Source: Gammaproteobacteria bacterium (lineage in GTDB: Bacteria > Pseudomonadota > Gammaproteobacteria > CBDBNL01 > JAAOII01). From it: a stretch of 64,000 bases of DNA. Positions 17,800-28,122 of this stretch are shown here, piece by piece; positions within the stretch are counted from its first letter, which is position 1; each line of letters begins with the position of its first letter. The position numbers were made by a program, and so were the translations under genes. The stretch spans positions 1,280,935 through 1,344,934 of the forward strand of contig OZ242303.1 of NCBI GenBank assembly GCA_965207945.1, in the 5' to 3' direction. The notes beneath the pieces were generated by a model. The model made no database searches and was not told the DNA's origin. It worked only from the letters and a program-made list of their open reading frames with translations.

Positions 17800-19302
17800 A
17801 TGACGCATACTTTTATAAAAGACGAAGAGCTAATTGAAGAAAGCTATCAAATAGAAGACCTGTTGAACTTCAAACCTATTATCAATGACTTCAAAGAAAG
17901 GATTAATAAGATCAAGAAAAATTCAATTGTCGGTCTCATTGGACCTTATGGTTCTGGTAAGAGTACTATGCTTTATCAAATATATAAAGATAAAATTAAT
18001 ATAAATAATGAAAATAAGGATGAAGCAAATAACCATCAAACCTCAGAAAATGAGGGCAACGAACAGACAGAACAATGGTTTGTTTTTGATGCTTGGAAAT
18101 ACCCAGAGCGTAAGGACTTATGGGAGGGGTTTGTTTTAGATATAGCAAAGCAACATGATAAGATATCATTTGATAAAGCAAGAAATAAAATTGATGGCAA
18201 ACAAGGAGAGCGTAAAGAAAATGCCACTAATACGATGATAGACATGGCTACTATAACAATGGGTGTAATTTCTCTTTTCTCATCAGCAGGCCTTACTTCT
18301 ATATTCGCTCCAATAATTGGTTCACTTAAAAATTTAACTTACCTTTTCAGAACTTCTCCCGTAAGAAGAGTATTTGAATTTCAAGAACTACTATCTGATA
18401 TCATCAAAGAAACAGAGAATCATATTTTTATAATTATAGAAGATATAGACAGATCAGGAGATATGGGAATATTTTTTTTAGAAACCCTTAAACATTTCAT
18501 AAAGAATCTCAAGGAAGACCCAAATCGTAAAGTAATAGTCATAGTACCAATAGGGAATGATACCTTCTATAAATATCACCCTACTCGGGACTCTTACTTA
18601 AAAATTTTAGATTATCAAATCTCCTTCAACTCTTCATTATTAAACTTTACTAAATTTATTGAAAATACTATAGATATTGATATAGCTATTGAAAATTTTA
18701 AGAATGCAAAAGAAAAATCAGAAATTGAAGCTGCCATGGAACTTGGAACTCCAGACAATATGATTAAAAAAGAAAGTAAGTATACAGATTTATTCCTACA
18801 AAAAATGTTTATAACGCACATTCGTTACCTTTTTGAAACCATGATTTTAAATGAAAGACAAGGAACTATCCGTGATATTAAAAGTATACTTAGAAAAGTA
18901 AATTCAAATTTTAATGAACTAGATGAAGATATAAAAAAATTAATAGATATAAGAATACTAATGCTATTTACAGCCATAGGGCATTTTTATAGAGGTGAAG
19001 AAAATGATCCATGTAGTTTCTTCGCTGTTCAACGCGATTCCTCCCACCCTGAAAATATAGTTACGTGGGCTAACGATAAATTTTGGGGTAAAGATTTTTT
19101 TATAATGATCATGCAGGAAAAACCAAATATTGATGAAATTAAACTTAAAAAGTTTACTATTGATACCGTCAATACTGGACCTCTTATAATAAGTAATCCA
19201 GTAGATGAATATGAAGATAGAGATACTTACTATATTATGGACATCTATTTTAAGATTACTAAAGTCCATATTAACTATCTTCCAAAAGGTTCTAAACTCT
19301 AA
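17800..19302 (+). CDS. KAP-family P-loop NTPase (500 aa)
   Basis: Walker A GLIGPYGSGKST, KAP motif WFVFDAWKYPERKDLW, and an inserted TM segment MIDMATITMGVISLFSSAGLTSIFAPIIGSL. Confidence 0.75.
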   Translation: MTHTFIKDEELIEESYQIEDLLNFKPIINDFKERINKIKKNSIVGLIGPYGSGKSTMLYQIYKDKININNENKDEANNHQTSENEGNEQTEQWFVFDAWKYPERKDLWEGFVLDIAKQHDKISFDKARNKIDGKQGERKENATNTMIDMATITMGVISLFSSAGLTSIFAPIIGSLKNLTYLFRTSPVRRVFEFQELLSDIIKETENHIFIIIEDIDRSGDMGIFFLETLKHFIKNLKEDPNRKVIVIVPIGNDTFYKYHPTRDSYLKILDYQISFNSSLLNFTKFIENTIDIDIAIENFKNAKEKSEIEAAMELGTPDNMIKKESKYTDLFLQKMFITHIRYLFETMILNERQGTIRDIKSILRKVNSNFNELDEDIKKLIDIRILMLFTAIGHFYRGEENDPCSFFAVQRDSSHPENIVTWANDKFWGKDFFIMIMQEKPNIDEIKLKKFTIDTVNTGPLIISNPVDEYEDRDTYYIMDIYFKITKVHINYLPKGSKL

Positions 19303-19424
19303 ACACAATAGCTATTAATTGTATTTTAGGTATTACGTTATAATTCCAGTATAAACACTATCCTTTACCTAGCACTAATAAATATATTTACCTAATATAA
19401 TATCCCCCTCCTACATCCCCACCC

Positions 19425-20624
19425 TCAATCCACAAACACACCATCAAAAAAATTAACAATATCAGCATTAATCTCAAGTAAAAATTCTCTTCTATCAAAT
19501 CCTTCTGGATCTCTGGCACCGGGGAAATCTATCTCTTTTAGCAACCATTCAGGAAATGGTGGTACAAAAGCATAGTGATGCACTCCTTCATATACCTTAT
19601 AGATATGTTCTCTTGTGCCAAGCGATTTATGCAGATGCTCGGCATGAAATGGAAACTTAAGCACATTATCATCTCCTAATCTATATATAGCTATATCTGC
19701 ATTGGAGTTTTGAATTTCCTCTGCTGTAAAAATAACTGCAGCTGGGGCTACCACCGCAATTGCTTTAAACGGCACGGGCGATTCAAGTGGTTCAAACTCT
19801 GGACTAAACTTTCTATCATCAGTTGGAGTTCTCTTTCCAATTCTCTTAACTATTCCCTGGATTGTTACACGGATAATCCCTTTAAACCAAGTCAATGTCT
19901 TTTTCCACCATGGTCCTGAACCACTACATGCTGGGTCTTTGGCTGCATTGTTGCTACAGTGCGTTATAAATTGTTGCATGCTGGGAGTTATCCCGCTTGT
20001 GGCAAGCACTGTCAGCCCTCCTAAAGAATAGCCGAGCGCCCCAATATTATCATCGTCCATTATCTGTTTTATAGTGGCATCTGACTCAGCAACCTCCAAC
20101 GTATGTGATAACTCATCTATCCTAATATTTATGACGGGGAATAGTTGCCTGCCTTTTTTCAACAACTGATCATTGCTATGTTGAGGCGCAATTACTACAT
20201 AGCCGGCTCTTGCAAGCTCCGCAGCTGTCCCGCGATGATTTCTGTAACGTCCCATTACCCCATGAGAAAGCAATATAACTGGATATTGCCCCGCCGCAGG
20301 TTCGCCCTCCCAAGCCCATTTAGGACGGAAAGGTCCCCACTCTTGCTCAAACTCCTCAGCAAAACTTGGATACCATACCCCCAACTCTAAGCCGCTTTCG
20401 CCTAATCCCCCTACTTCTTCTATAATCATAAACCCAGCATTATATTTTTCCTGCGCGGACGCAAGTTGCCCCGCTACGACCACAAGAAGTATAAAGCAAA
20501 GTTTAATTAAAAAAGATGAATAGATTGTGCGCAAGTTATAACTCGCCACTAAGGTTGTAATATACACACCGCAAATAGTGCGAGCTGATTGTATACCTGA
20601 CTGCATATAATTATTGATTAACAT
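19425..20624 (-). CDS. secreted/membrane-anchored alpha/beta-hydrolase (dienelactone hydrolase / PAF-acetylhydrolase-like)
   Basis: N-terminal hydrophobic signal-anchor, nucleophile elbow GYSLGG (GxSxG), and VILLSHG. GC is higher than in the neighbouring defence genes. Confidence 0.6.
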   Translation of the reverse strand: MLINNYMQSGIQSARTICGVYITTLVASYNLRTIYSSFLIKLCFILLVVVAGQLASAQEKYNAGFMIIEEVGGLGESGLELGVWYPSFAEEFEQEWGPFRPKWAWEGEPAAGQYPVILLSHGVMGRYRNHRGTAAELARAGYVVIAPQHSNDQLLKKGRQLFPVINIRIDELSHTLEVAESDATIKQIMDDDNIGALGYSLGGLTVLATSGITPSMQQFITHCSNNAAKDPACSGSGPWWKKTLTWFKGIIRVTIQGIVKRIGKRTPTDDRKFSPEFEPLESPVPFKAIAVVAPAAVIFTAEEIQNSNADIAIYRLGDDNVLKFPFHAEHLHKSLGTREHIYKVYEGVHHYAFVPPFPEWLLKEIDFPGARDPEGFDRREFLLEINADIVNFFDGVFVD

Positions 20625-20769
20625 AGTTCCTCTGTTGTTAATGTATAAAGATAGTATTATATATGATTTTGGTTGGTTATAAGTAGTTCATCAAACTAAT
20701 AAGTATATTGGAGCGGCTACCTAGCCATCCTGTTAAATTTTTAGATTAAATACTAATAATTATAATTTT

Positions 20770-22578
20770 CTACTGTTCAGATAATTTTGCTTCCAAGAAT
20801 TCAAATATTTTTCTAAATTTATCTTTAGTTATTTCATCAAATGTAAATTCATCTTTTGAAATATACAAATTTTCAATTGCAGTATTAAGCATTTTTTTAT
20901 GATTCCCGTTCAACTCATTATCACCATAATAGCTTTTAATTATTTTATCTCTTTCTGTTTCGGTAAATAAATTTTCTATTCTATATTTTTTCCAGTTACT
21001 ATCAATGGACTCAAAGGTGAAAATTTTATTTGCGATATCTGATGTAATATCATGAATATATTGCGCTCTTGCTTCTTGGCCTCCTTTATCTGAATCAAAT
21101 AGTGCAATAAATTTTTTATTCCATGCGATATACAAACGAAAAATTTGATCATACTTATTAGCTCCTCCACCAGGGTAAAAATTAATATCATATTTTTTTT
21201 CAAATATAACTTCAGAGAAGTACTTAAATACGTAATAATCATTTTTACCCTCTGTAAAAACAATAGATTTAACTAACTCAAGTTTGCTAGGGCAGTATTG
21301 AAGTGCATCAAGTATTGGCTTAAAATGAGTTTCATCATTTTTACCATTAGCAACAAAATTTTTATAGAGAGTTGCATCTATATCAGTTTCCGTCACATTA
21401 GACTCTCCAATATCAGAATAACTAATTGCTTTATTATTAACAATAAATGTTCCAGGTAACCATATAGGGTTTATTAGATGATGACTATGTGTTGAATATA
21501 TTAGTTTACAATTAGAAACAATTTTTCCTAAAGTTAGTAATAATTTCTGTTGAGAACTTTGATGTAAATTACTTGCTGGCTCATCCAGTAAAAATAAAGT
21601 CTCTCCTGGATCACTTGAACGAGATTTACGAAATACTGTAAATATTAAGAAACTAAAGAACCAGCTAAATCCTAAACTTCTTTCATCTATAAAATAACTA
21701 TCATCCCCCTGCTTAATTTTTAATGTAAGATAATAATTATTATCCTCTGCATGTTCATATTTTAATACCACCTCTTTCATACTAGTAGTACCAAAAATTT
21801 GCTCCCACTTTCGTAGTATTTCATTATTAAGCTTAGCTAATATTTTATTTAATAATGATTCTAGTGCATCTTTAGTACCCTCATCTGTTGCTTTCATTCT
21901 ATTTAATAAACTTTCCTCAATACTCAAATTATCTCCGATAGATTTTAAAATATCGGCAATAATTTGTCTATATTCTTGTTGCTCAGGACTTGCATTATCC
22001 AATTCCTCTAAATAAATTTTTCGTGGGAATCTAAAAAGAAAATCTTGATAATATAGAATTTTAGGTAAATATTTTTTGTTAATTAAATTAACAACATCTT
22101 TCCAGGCCTTGTGATCTTTATAATCATATAATTTTTTATTCTTTTTACCTTTGCTAGATTTACCCCAAATATTTAATCCATATATATTATTTATCCAATT
22201 ATTCTCACAAGGTTCTGAACTTTTAAATTTATATTCCCTACTAATAGTTATAAAACCCTTTATTTTCTCAATATTAAAATTATGATTGAATTTTAAATAT
22301 TTTTTAATTTCTTCTATCTCATATTCTGCAAATTCAAGTTCTGCTCGAATGCAAACAATATCATTGAATTCATGTTTTAAGCTTTTAGGAATTAATGTAT
22401 GAATATCTTCTTTATTAATACCATTTCTAAAAACATTAATTGCTTCTAATATTGAAGTTTTACCGCTTTCATTAAGTCCAACTAAAGTAAAAATATTTAG
22501 GTTAGATTTATTTTTTAAATCCAACTCAATTTTAGTAATACCTTTAAAATTAATTATTGTAAATTTTGTATATTTCAT
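20770..22578 (-). CDS. OLD-family nuclease: N-terminal ABC/AAA ATPase + C-terminal Toprim domain
   Basis: N-terminus KFTIINFKGITKIELDL..NIFTLVGLNESGKTSILEAI (OLD/AAA_15-type Walker A). C-terminus VFTEGKNDYYVF and FDSDKGG (Toprim E and DxD motifs). It lies 35 bp downstream of and co-directional with the res gene. Confidence 0.7.
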   Translation of the reverse strand: MKYTKFTIINFKGITKIELDLKNKSNLNIFTLVGLNESGKTSILEAINVFRNGINKEDIHTLIPKSLKHEFNDIVCIRAELEFAEYEIEEIKKYLKFNHNFNIEKIKGFITISREYKFKSSEPCENNWINNIYGLNIWGKSSKGKKNKKLYDYKDHKAWKDVVNLINKKYLPKILYYQDFLFRFPRKIYLEELDNASPEQQEYRQIIADILKSIGDNLSIEESLLNRMKATDEGTKDALESLLNKILAKLNNEILRKWEQIFGTTSMKEVVLKYEHAEDNNYYLTLKIKQGDDSYFIDERSLGFSWFFSFLIFTVFRKSRSSDPGETLFLLDEPASNLHQSSQQKLLLTLGKIVSNCKLIYSTHSHHLINPIWLPGTFIVNNKAISYSDIGESNVTETDIDATLYKNFVANGKNDETHFKPILDALQYCPSKLELVKSIVFTEGKNDYYVFKYFSEVIFEKKYDINFYPGGGANKYDQIFRLYIAWNKKFIALFDSDKGGQEARAQYIHDITSDIANKIFTFESIDSNWKKYRIENLFTETERDKIIKSYYGDNELNGNHKKMLNTAIENLYISKDEFTFDEITKDKFRKIFEFLEAKLSEQ

Positions 22579-22612
22579 ATATAGTTAATAATTACAGTTT
22601 AGTTTATTAAAA

Positions 22613-25600
22613 TTAAATTAATAATTTGTTACCTAAGTTTTCTAAACTATCAAGCCAGTATTTCTGATATTTTTTTGTACTAGTAGCGGTAGATTGGGGA
22701 TGAAATAAAAGAAGCTTAACCTTTACTTTAAATTTGCTACGGCTTGCATCCTTATAATAGAATTCTTTACTGGCACCATTTTCCTCTTCAAATACATCAA
22801 TAAAACCATCAATCTTACGTTCACCTGATATGTATTCTGGCCCTTTAGGATCTATAAATAAAATTGTATACTCATCTCCCTTCTGCAACCAAAAAATAAA
22901 ATCTGGTTTAAATTTTGCCATAGTGTTTCCCTTGGGGTTATAGTAAGGGATATATATTTGGTCAAGGTGTTCATCAAGTTTTGAGAATTTCCACCAATCA
23001 TAAGAAGCAAAGATATTCTTTTCGTCTTTTAAATATTTAATTAATTTATTTATAAACTCAACTTCACTATCAACATTTATAGCATGAATGAAGTAGTCAA
23101 TTTTTTTCTCCTCCGGTACTATAAGAGGAATATAATAGTGGTTTTTTATATGGTGGATACCAATACTTTTATCGTCATACATAAAACCTTTTTTGTTATG
23201 AGAGCTCCTCGCTAGCAACTCATTATAAGCATCCCTATCACCACTTTTAAAAGTTGCATTCAATTCATCTTCCGAAGGTGTAACACAATCTCTTACTTGA
23301 ATAATTGATTCTTTGAGCCGCTCCACCCCACTGTCTCCTTTATATTGAATTCTCTTAAAATGAACTATCTCATTTTTTAGTTCATTAATTACATCAACAT
23401 CTTCGTTTTTAATTTTAAAGTAATTAAATATCCTACCAAATAGTAGATCTGAGTTATTAATACTCTTACCCTCATTAAAATTAAAACGTCCTAAACCCTG
23501 TTTATTATTAAGGGTGTTTTTTACTTCCTCAATAAATTTTGGTTCAACGTCATACTTCATTAATATTATTTTTTCACCTAAATATTTAAACAATTTATTG
23601 CTCATCTTAAAATCTTTTTCACTGATAATGAATTGTTGTTTATTAGTTCTCCCAGATACCGCCCCTTCTGTTTCCTTATATGTTGGAATTAATAATAGTT
23701 TCCCCTCTCTATTTTCTTTAAATAAATCTCCTATCGCATGCTCTCGTTTTTCTTTAGCAAGCACCTTCATTATTTCATTAATATTTTTTGGTTTAGTGCC
23801 AAAAACAAATAAAGTTTCCAATGGCGCAACATAATCTTTTATATCATTATATTTACGACGCATATCTTCATCTAATTCTCCACCACTACATAAAGAGTTA
23901 ATTCTTTTTCTTTTTCCTTTGACTGGTTCAATCCTCACTCCTCTACCAACTGATTGTAAAACAAATTTTTTAGCATCTGGTCCAACCCCTATATTAATAA
24001 ATAAAATAATATTAGGCCGATTAGAATCCCAACCCTCATAAAAAGCTCTGGAACCCATAAGTATGCTTATATCAGAATCATCTTCATTTAATTTTTCAAA
24101 AACACTTTTGTGCTCAATCTTTTCATTAATCTCATAATTCTTAGTTACGTTTTTTATCCATTTTGATATATCACCTATCTTAACAAGAGCAAAGGGTTTA
24201 TGAGATTTCTTAACCTGTAGAATTGCCTCTTTATTATTACCAGGAATTGTCAATATTTCAAAATTACCAGCAGCTTTTGAATTGAATATCTCATATAAAA
24301 CATCATCATATTTAATGTTTTGTAATGCTTTATTATTAAATTTAAAATCTCCTCCCTCGTATTTGTAACTAACACTATCAGAAAATTCAGTCAATAGTTC
24401 TTTCTTAACCTCCATGAATAGCCCAGTTCTTATTTTGTTGTTAGCTATCTTATGCAACTCAGCAAAAAATAATCCTAAGTCAGATGTTTTTGAGCTAACT
24501 GAATTAACCAAAGTCAATAGCAATGGCTTGTGGTATAAATCTTTATGTTTTCTTTTAATTTTCTTAGAATATTGGCTAATATATGTTGCTAAAACAAGTG
24601 TCTTTAATACCGTTTTTTGTTTCTCTTGCGGAGAAAAATCTGTCAGTTTACGAAAGCCAGCTACCTCTTCATCAAAAAGACATATATTCTTACCATAACC
24701 TTCTTCAATAAATTTAGATAAGTTAAAATTGAATGCACAGGTAACATAATCATGATCTTCGGTAAATGTTGCAGAAAAATTAAACAGAAAACCGTTTCTA
24801 GAAAGAATAGAATATAAAACCTGTCCTTTACTCTCTTCTTTTTTACCTTTATGCGCCTCATCTAATAGAATATACCATTCTCCATTATTATCATAATTTC
24901 TAAAATCAGTTTTATTTTTCTTTTGAGTATCAGTAATAAGGTCAGAACGATAATAAAAAATATTGATTTCATTTTTAGAAAAAGATATTTGATTATTTCT
25001 TTTAATATTATCATACTCTCTCAAATTCTTTAATACAATTTTACTGCTTGGATGATGGCTATTATATTCCTCTACATGATTTTTAAATTGTGTAAGTAAA
25101 TCCTCTCTATGGGATAAAAACAAAATATCTTTGCGCGGTATTTCACCACGATTCATTAAATCTCTAAGCATAGAGATAAGTTTAACAATAACTAATGTTT
25201 TACCTGAACCAGTTGCCATCCAAAAGTTCATTCTATTAATAAAATACTCAAAAGAAATTTTGCCATCCTCAACAGGAAACTCTTGGTCATAATCTAATAA
25301 ATGTTTAAATATTTCTTTGCGCTCAGGTTCTAATTCATAATCCAAGGATTCAAGTCGTGGAATATTTAATGCTTCGTAAAGTTCAAAAAAATATTTCTTT
25401 CTTATTTGTTGAAGTTCATTTTCATCTCTATAACTGGCTTCATCATCATTTTCATAAAATTTATAAAGTGCTTTAATAGCATTTTTTAAGGCATCTTGTT
25501 GGAAATCAAAAAGTTGTTTGCTTTGTGAAAAATTTTTTATATCATTAAACTGCCATTCAGCAGGAAGAGTATCGTTCTCTATATTGTTAACTATTTCCTC

Positions 25601-25618
25601 TAAATGTAATATATCCAT
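22613..25618 (-). CDS. res: type III restriction enzyme Res-like subunit (SF2 helicase + C-terminal PD-(D/E)xK nuclease)
   Basis: Helicase motif I WMATGSGKTLVIV, motif II ILLDEAHKG, motif VI-like QSVGRGVRI. C-terminal YILFIDPKG (D..D/ExK-like). It starts 1 nt after the mod stop. Confidence 0.7.
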   Translation of the reverse strand: MDILHLEEIVNNIENDTLPAEWQFNDIKNFSQSKQLFDFQQDALKNAIKALYKFYENDDEASYRDENELQQIRKKYFFELYEALNIPRLESLDYELEPERKEIFKHLLDYDQEFPVEDGKISFEYFINRMNFWMATGSGKTLVIVKLISMLRDLMNRGEIPRKDILFLSHREDLLTQFKNHVEEYNSHHPSSKIVLKNLREYDNIKRNNQISFSKNEINIFYYRSDLITDTQKKNKTDFRNYDNNGEWYILLDEAHKGKKEESKGQVLYSILSRNGFLFNFSATFTEDHDYVTCAFNFNLSKFIEEGYGKNICLFDEEVAGFRKLTDFSPQEKQKTVLKTLVLATYISQYSKKIKRKHKDLYHKPLLLTLVNSVSSKTSDLGLFFAELHKIANNKIRTGLFMEVKKELLTEFSDSVSYKYEGGDFKFNNKALQNIKYDDVLYEIFNSKAAGNFEILTIPGNNKEAILQVKKSHKPFALVKIGDISKWIKNVTKNYEINEKIEHKSVFEKLNEDDSDISILMGSRAFYEGWDSNRPNIILFINIGVGPDAKKFVLQSVGRGVRIEPVKGKRKRINSLCSGGELDEDMRRKYNDIKDYVAPLETLFVFGTKPKNINEIMKVLAKEKREHAIGDLFKENREGKLLLIPTYKETEGAVSGRTNKQQFIISEKDFKMSNKLFKYLGEKIILMKYDVEPKFIEEVKNTLNNKQGLGRFNFNEGKSINNSDLLFGRIFNYFKIKNEDVDVINELKNEIVHFKRIQYKGDSGVERLKESIIQVRDCVTPSEDELNATFKSGDRDAYNELLARSSHNKKGFMYDDKSIGIHHIKNHYYIPLIVPEEKKIDYFIHAINVDSEVEFINKLIKYLKDEKNIFASYDWWKFSKLDEHLDQIYIPYYNPKGNTMAKFKPDFIFWLQKGDEYTILFIDPKGPEYISGERKIDGFIDVFEEENGASKEFYYKDASRSKFKVKVKLLLFHPQSTATSTKKYQKYWLDSLENLGNKLLI

Positions 25619-25619
25619 A

Positions 25620-28010
25620 TCATTCCCACCAGATTAGTGGTTTAATTTCTTTGTAATCTATTTCTTGGGTATTTATTTTTGTACCATCTTCAAATTCAAC
25701 TTCATTAGCAGTAATTTTTCTAATATTTTTACCTTTCAGATTGGAAAGAGTTTCAGCAATATCAATATCCGGATATAAAGCACTTAGATCTACTTTAACT
25801 TTATTATTTTTATAGTCAATTGTTATCGCCTCTGTCATCTTCTCATCCTTCATAAAAACATATTCTTGATATGGACTTGCGCCAACTTGTAAATCTAAAA
25901 CATCACTATCCGCATATTTACATTTGCTTAATGTATCCTCATATTGTTCTAGTTCGTAGTATTTAAAAAATCCACCACCATTCCAATTAACTTCTTTAGA
26001 TATACCACAAGGTTCATTCCTTCCAATACCTGCCAATACTTGTTTCATTCTAAATAAAATATCTGATTCAAAATAGTTACCCATTTCTACCCCTACCCAT
26101 CTTCTTTGTAATTTATGAGCGGAAGCAATTGTAGTTCCTGATCCCATAAAAAAATCAAGGACTAAATCATTAGGTTTTGTAGTTAAAGAAATTATTCTCT
26201 TAAGTAATTGTTCAGGTTTTTGGGTAAGTTCTGATCCATGTGGAGTATATTCTTTAACATTTCTTTTAATCTTATTAGAATGTAGTTCCTCATATTCACT
26301 GGCATTCCATGTATCTTCAATATTATATGCGCCATCTTTGGTCTTAAGTCCTATTTTATAAACTTTACCTTTATCATCTTTTATAGTTACCTTAACGTTT
26401 GTAATTTTTTGTTTATCCACACCCCATTTATTATAAATGCTTTCTAATTCATTATTAATGGTATCCTTTCTAAATGAGCTATATTTAATTTTTGATTCTT
26501 TTTTCTTAAAGAAGTGTTCCGATCGACTATTTTTAGTGAAAATAAAAATAGTATCATGATTTCTGACAAAAGCATCAACTTGAGTTTTATATCCTGACAC
26601 CCACCCTATTCTCCAAATTATTTCATTGATAAAGTTTTTCTTAGAAAATATATTAGATAATAATATCCTTCCTAAATGTTGAGCGTTCCAATCTAAATGT
26701 AAAAAAATACTACCGCTCTGATTAATAAATTCTTTAGATAATCCTAGTCTATTATCCATAAGAGTTAGCCAAGTGCTATCCTGAAACCTATCAATATACT
26801 CAAAATCATTCCCAGTATTGAAGGGAGGGTCGATGTAAACAACTTGTACCTTTTGTTTAAACTTAGGCAATATAGTATTAAGTGCTTGATAATTTTCGCT
26901 CTTAATTAACCAACCATCTAGTTGATTATCTAAGTCATCGAATAAAGAAAGTATTTTAAATTTTAAATCTGGAAAATACTTAGTATCTATAGGTAGATGA
27001 GCATATTCACTATTATCTATATCTTTTGCGTTAAATTCTTCTTCAACTATACCCATTTCCTGCCATTCTTTTAATTGTTTATTAAAGTTAGGGTGCTTAA
27101 TTATTTTTTGGACTAGTTTCTTGTCAGTAATTCTATCCAGAGTGATTACATAGTTACTCTTACGGACAAACTTGGGTTTATTCCAAATCTTACCTAATTC
27201 GTTTTCAAATTGAGAAATAAAATCTATAATTTTATAAGTAATTATTTTTAATATCCTTAATTGCTCTATTCTTTCTGGAGTCCATTCATTATCCTCTTGC
27301 CAAAAGTACTGATAACTCCAAAGCTTAAATTGCTCCATAAGAAATTCCTTGGCATTCTTATTAATAAAATAATCAACTTTAGTTTGTTTTTCGAAAAGAT
27401 GAAATCCGCGTTCTAAATCTTCTGCTTTAACTTGTAATCCTGCTTCCTTAATTGATTTTAATATTGCATCTATGTCTGTCTTTTGTCCTTTTTTAGAATA
27501 GCTAACCTCTAAATTAACCAGTCTATCTTTTATATTCTTAAATATATATACAACCGAATTTTTTTCATTAGCTTTTTTGTGTCCCATATTACTGACATCA
27601 AAAAATAATTTATAACCACCTGATTCGTTAGGGTTAATTTCAATACTTCTAAAGATACTATCCGTCTTAACATAATAAAGCATATTAGTCTTCCAAAATA
27701 AAGATACATCTTGCTCCTCTGTATAAACTCTCTCGTATATATTATTATGGAAAGGGGTTGAATTAAAATAGATGGAACCATTCTCACTGAAATAGCGCTT
27801 GAAAAATGAATAAAGTTTATTAAAAATATCCTCTCTAAATTTAGGATTTTTACGTAACTGCACGTCAATATCTTTGTCAAGAATTTTCTTAATTTGAGAA
27901 TAATATCCATGCTTAATCTTCATCAAATTAACAAACCCTCCTTTGCCTTCAATCTTTGCACCAGCAAAAATATCTTCTAAAATTTGGTAAAACTTTTCTT
28001 CCTTGTTCAT
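25620..28010 (-). CDS. mod: DNA methyltransferase (beta-class N6A/N4C, type III Mod-like), paralog 1
   Basis: Motif IV YIDPPFNTGNDFEY precedes motif I LVLDFFMGSGTTIASAHKL (beta-class order). About 340-aa N-terminal and about 165-aa C-terminal extra domains are shared with paralog 2. Confidence 0.75.
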   Translation of the reverse strand: MNKEEKFYQILEDIFAGAKIEGKGGFVNLMKIKHGYYSQIKKILDKDIDVQLRKNPKFREDIFNKLYSFFKRYFSENGSIYFNSTPFHNNIYERVYTEEQDVSLFWKTNMLYYVKTDSIFRSIEINPNESGGYKLFFDVSNMGHKKANEKNSVVYIFKNIKDRLVNLEVSYSKKGQKTDIDAILKSIKEAGLQVKAEDLERGFHLFEKQTKVDYFINKNAKEFLMEQFKLWSYQYFWQEDNEWTPERIEQLRILKIITYKIIDFISQFENELGKIWNKPKFVRKSNYVITLDRITDKKLVQKIIKHPNFNKQLKEWQEMGIVEEEFNAKDIDNSEYAHLPIDTKYFPDLKFKILSLFDDLDNQLDGWLIKSENYQALNTILPKFKQKVQVVYIDPPFNTGNDFEYIDRFQDSTWLTLMDNRLGLSKEFINQSGSIFLHLDWNAQHLGRILLSNIFSKKNFINEIIWRIGWVSGYKTQVDAFVRNHDTIFIFTKNSRSEHFFKKKESKIKYSSFRKDTINNELESIYNKWGVDKQKITNVKVTIKDDKGKVYKIGLKTKDGAYNIEDTWNASEYEELHSNKIKRNVKEYTPHGSELTQKPEQLLKRIISLTTKPNDLVLDFFMGSGTTIASAHKLQRRWVGVEMGNYFESDILFRMKQVLAGIGRNEPCGISKEVNWNGGGFFKYYELEQYEDTLSKCKYADSDVLDLQVGASPYQEYVFMKDEKMTEAITIDYKNNKVKVDLSALYPDIDIAETLSNLKGKNIRKITANEVEFEDGTKINTQEIDYKEIKPLIWWE

Positions 28011-28122
28011 GTGTAAGATTTATAGATAATTAATGGTATTATCATACCATTAAATAAAACTTTCTTTCAGCAAAATTAACCTATAACACAATAGATATGA
28101 TATTACACAAAAATGTATCATA

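Noticed and set aside
27530-27910. 126-aa ORFs nested in both mod genes (27530-27910 and 29931-30311, minus strand) and other nested ORFs (20976-21263, 23514-23834, 24414-24861, 28767-29097)
   Set aside because: These are alternative-frame ORFs inside well-supported large genes in AT-rich DNA. The pair exists only because the mod gene is duplicated.
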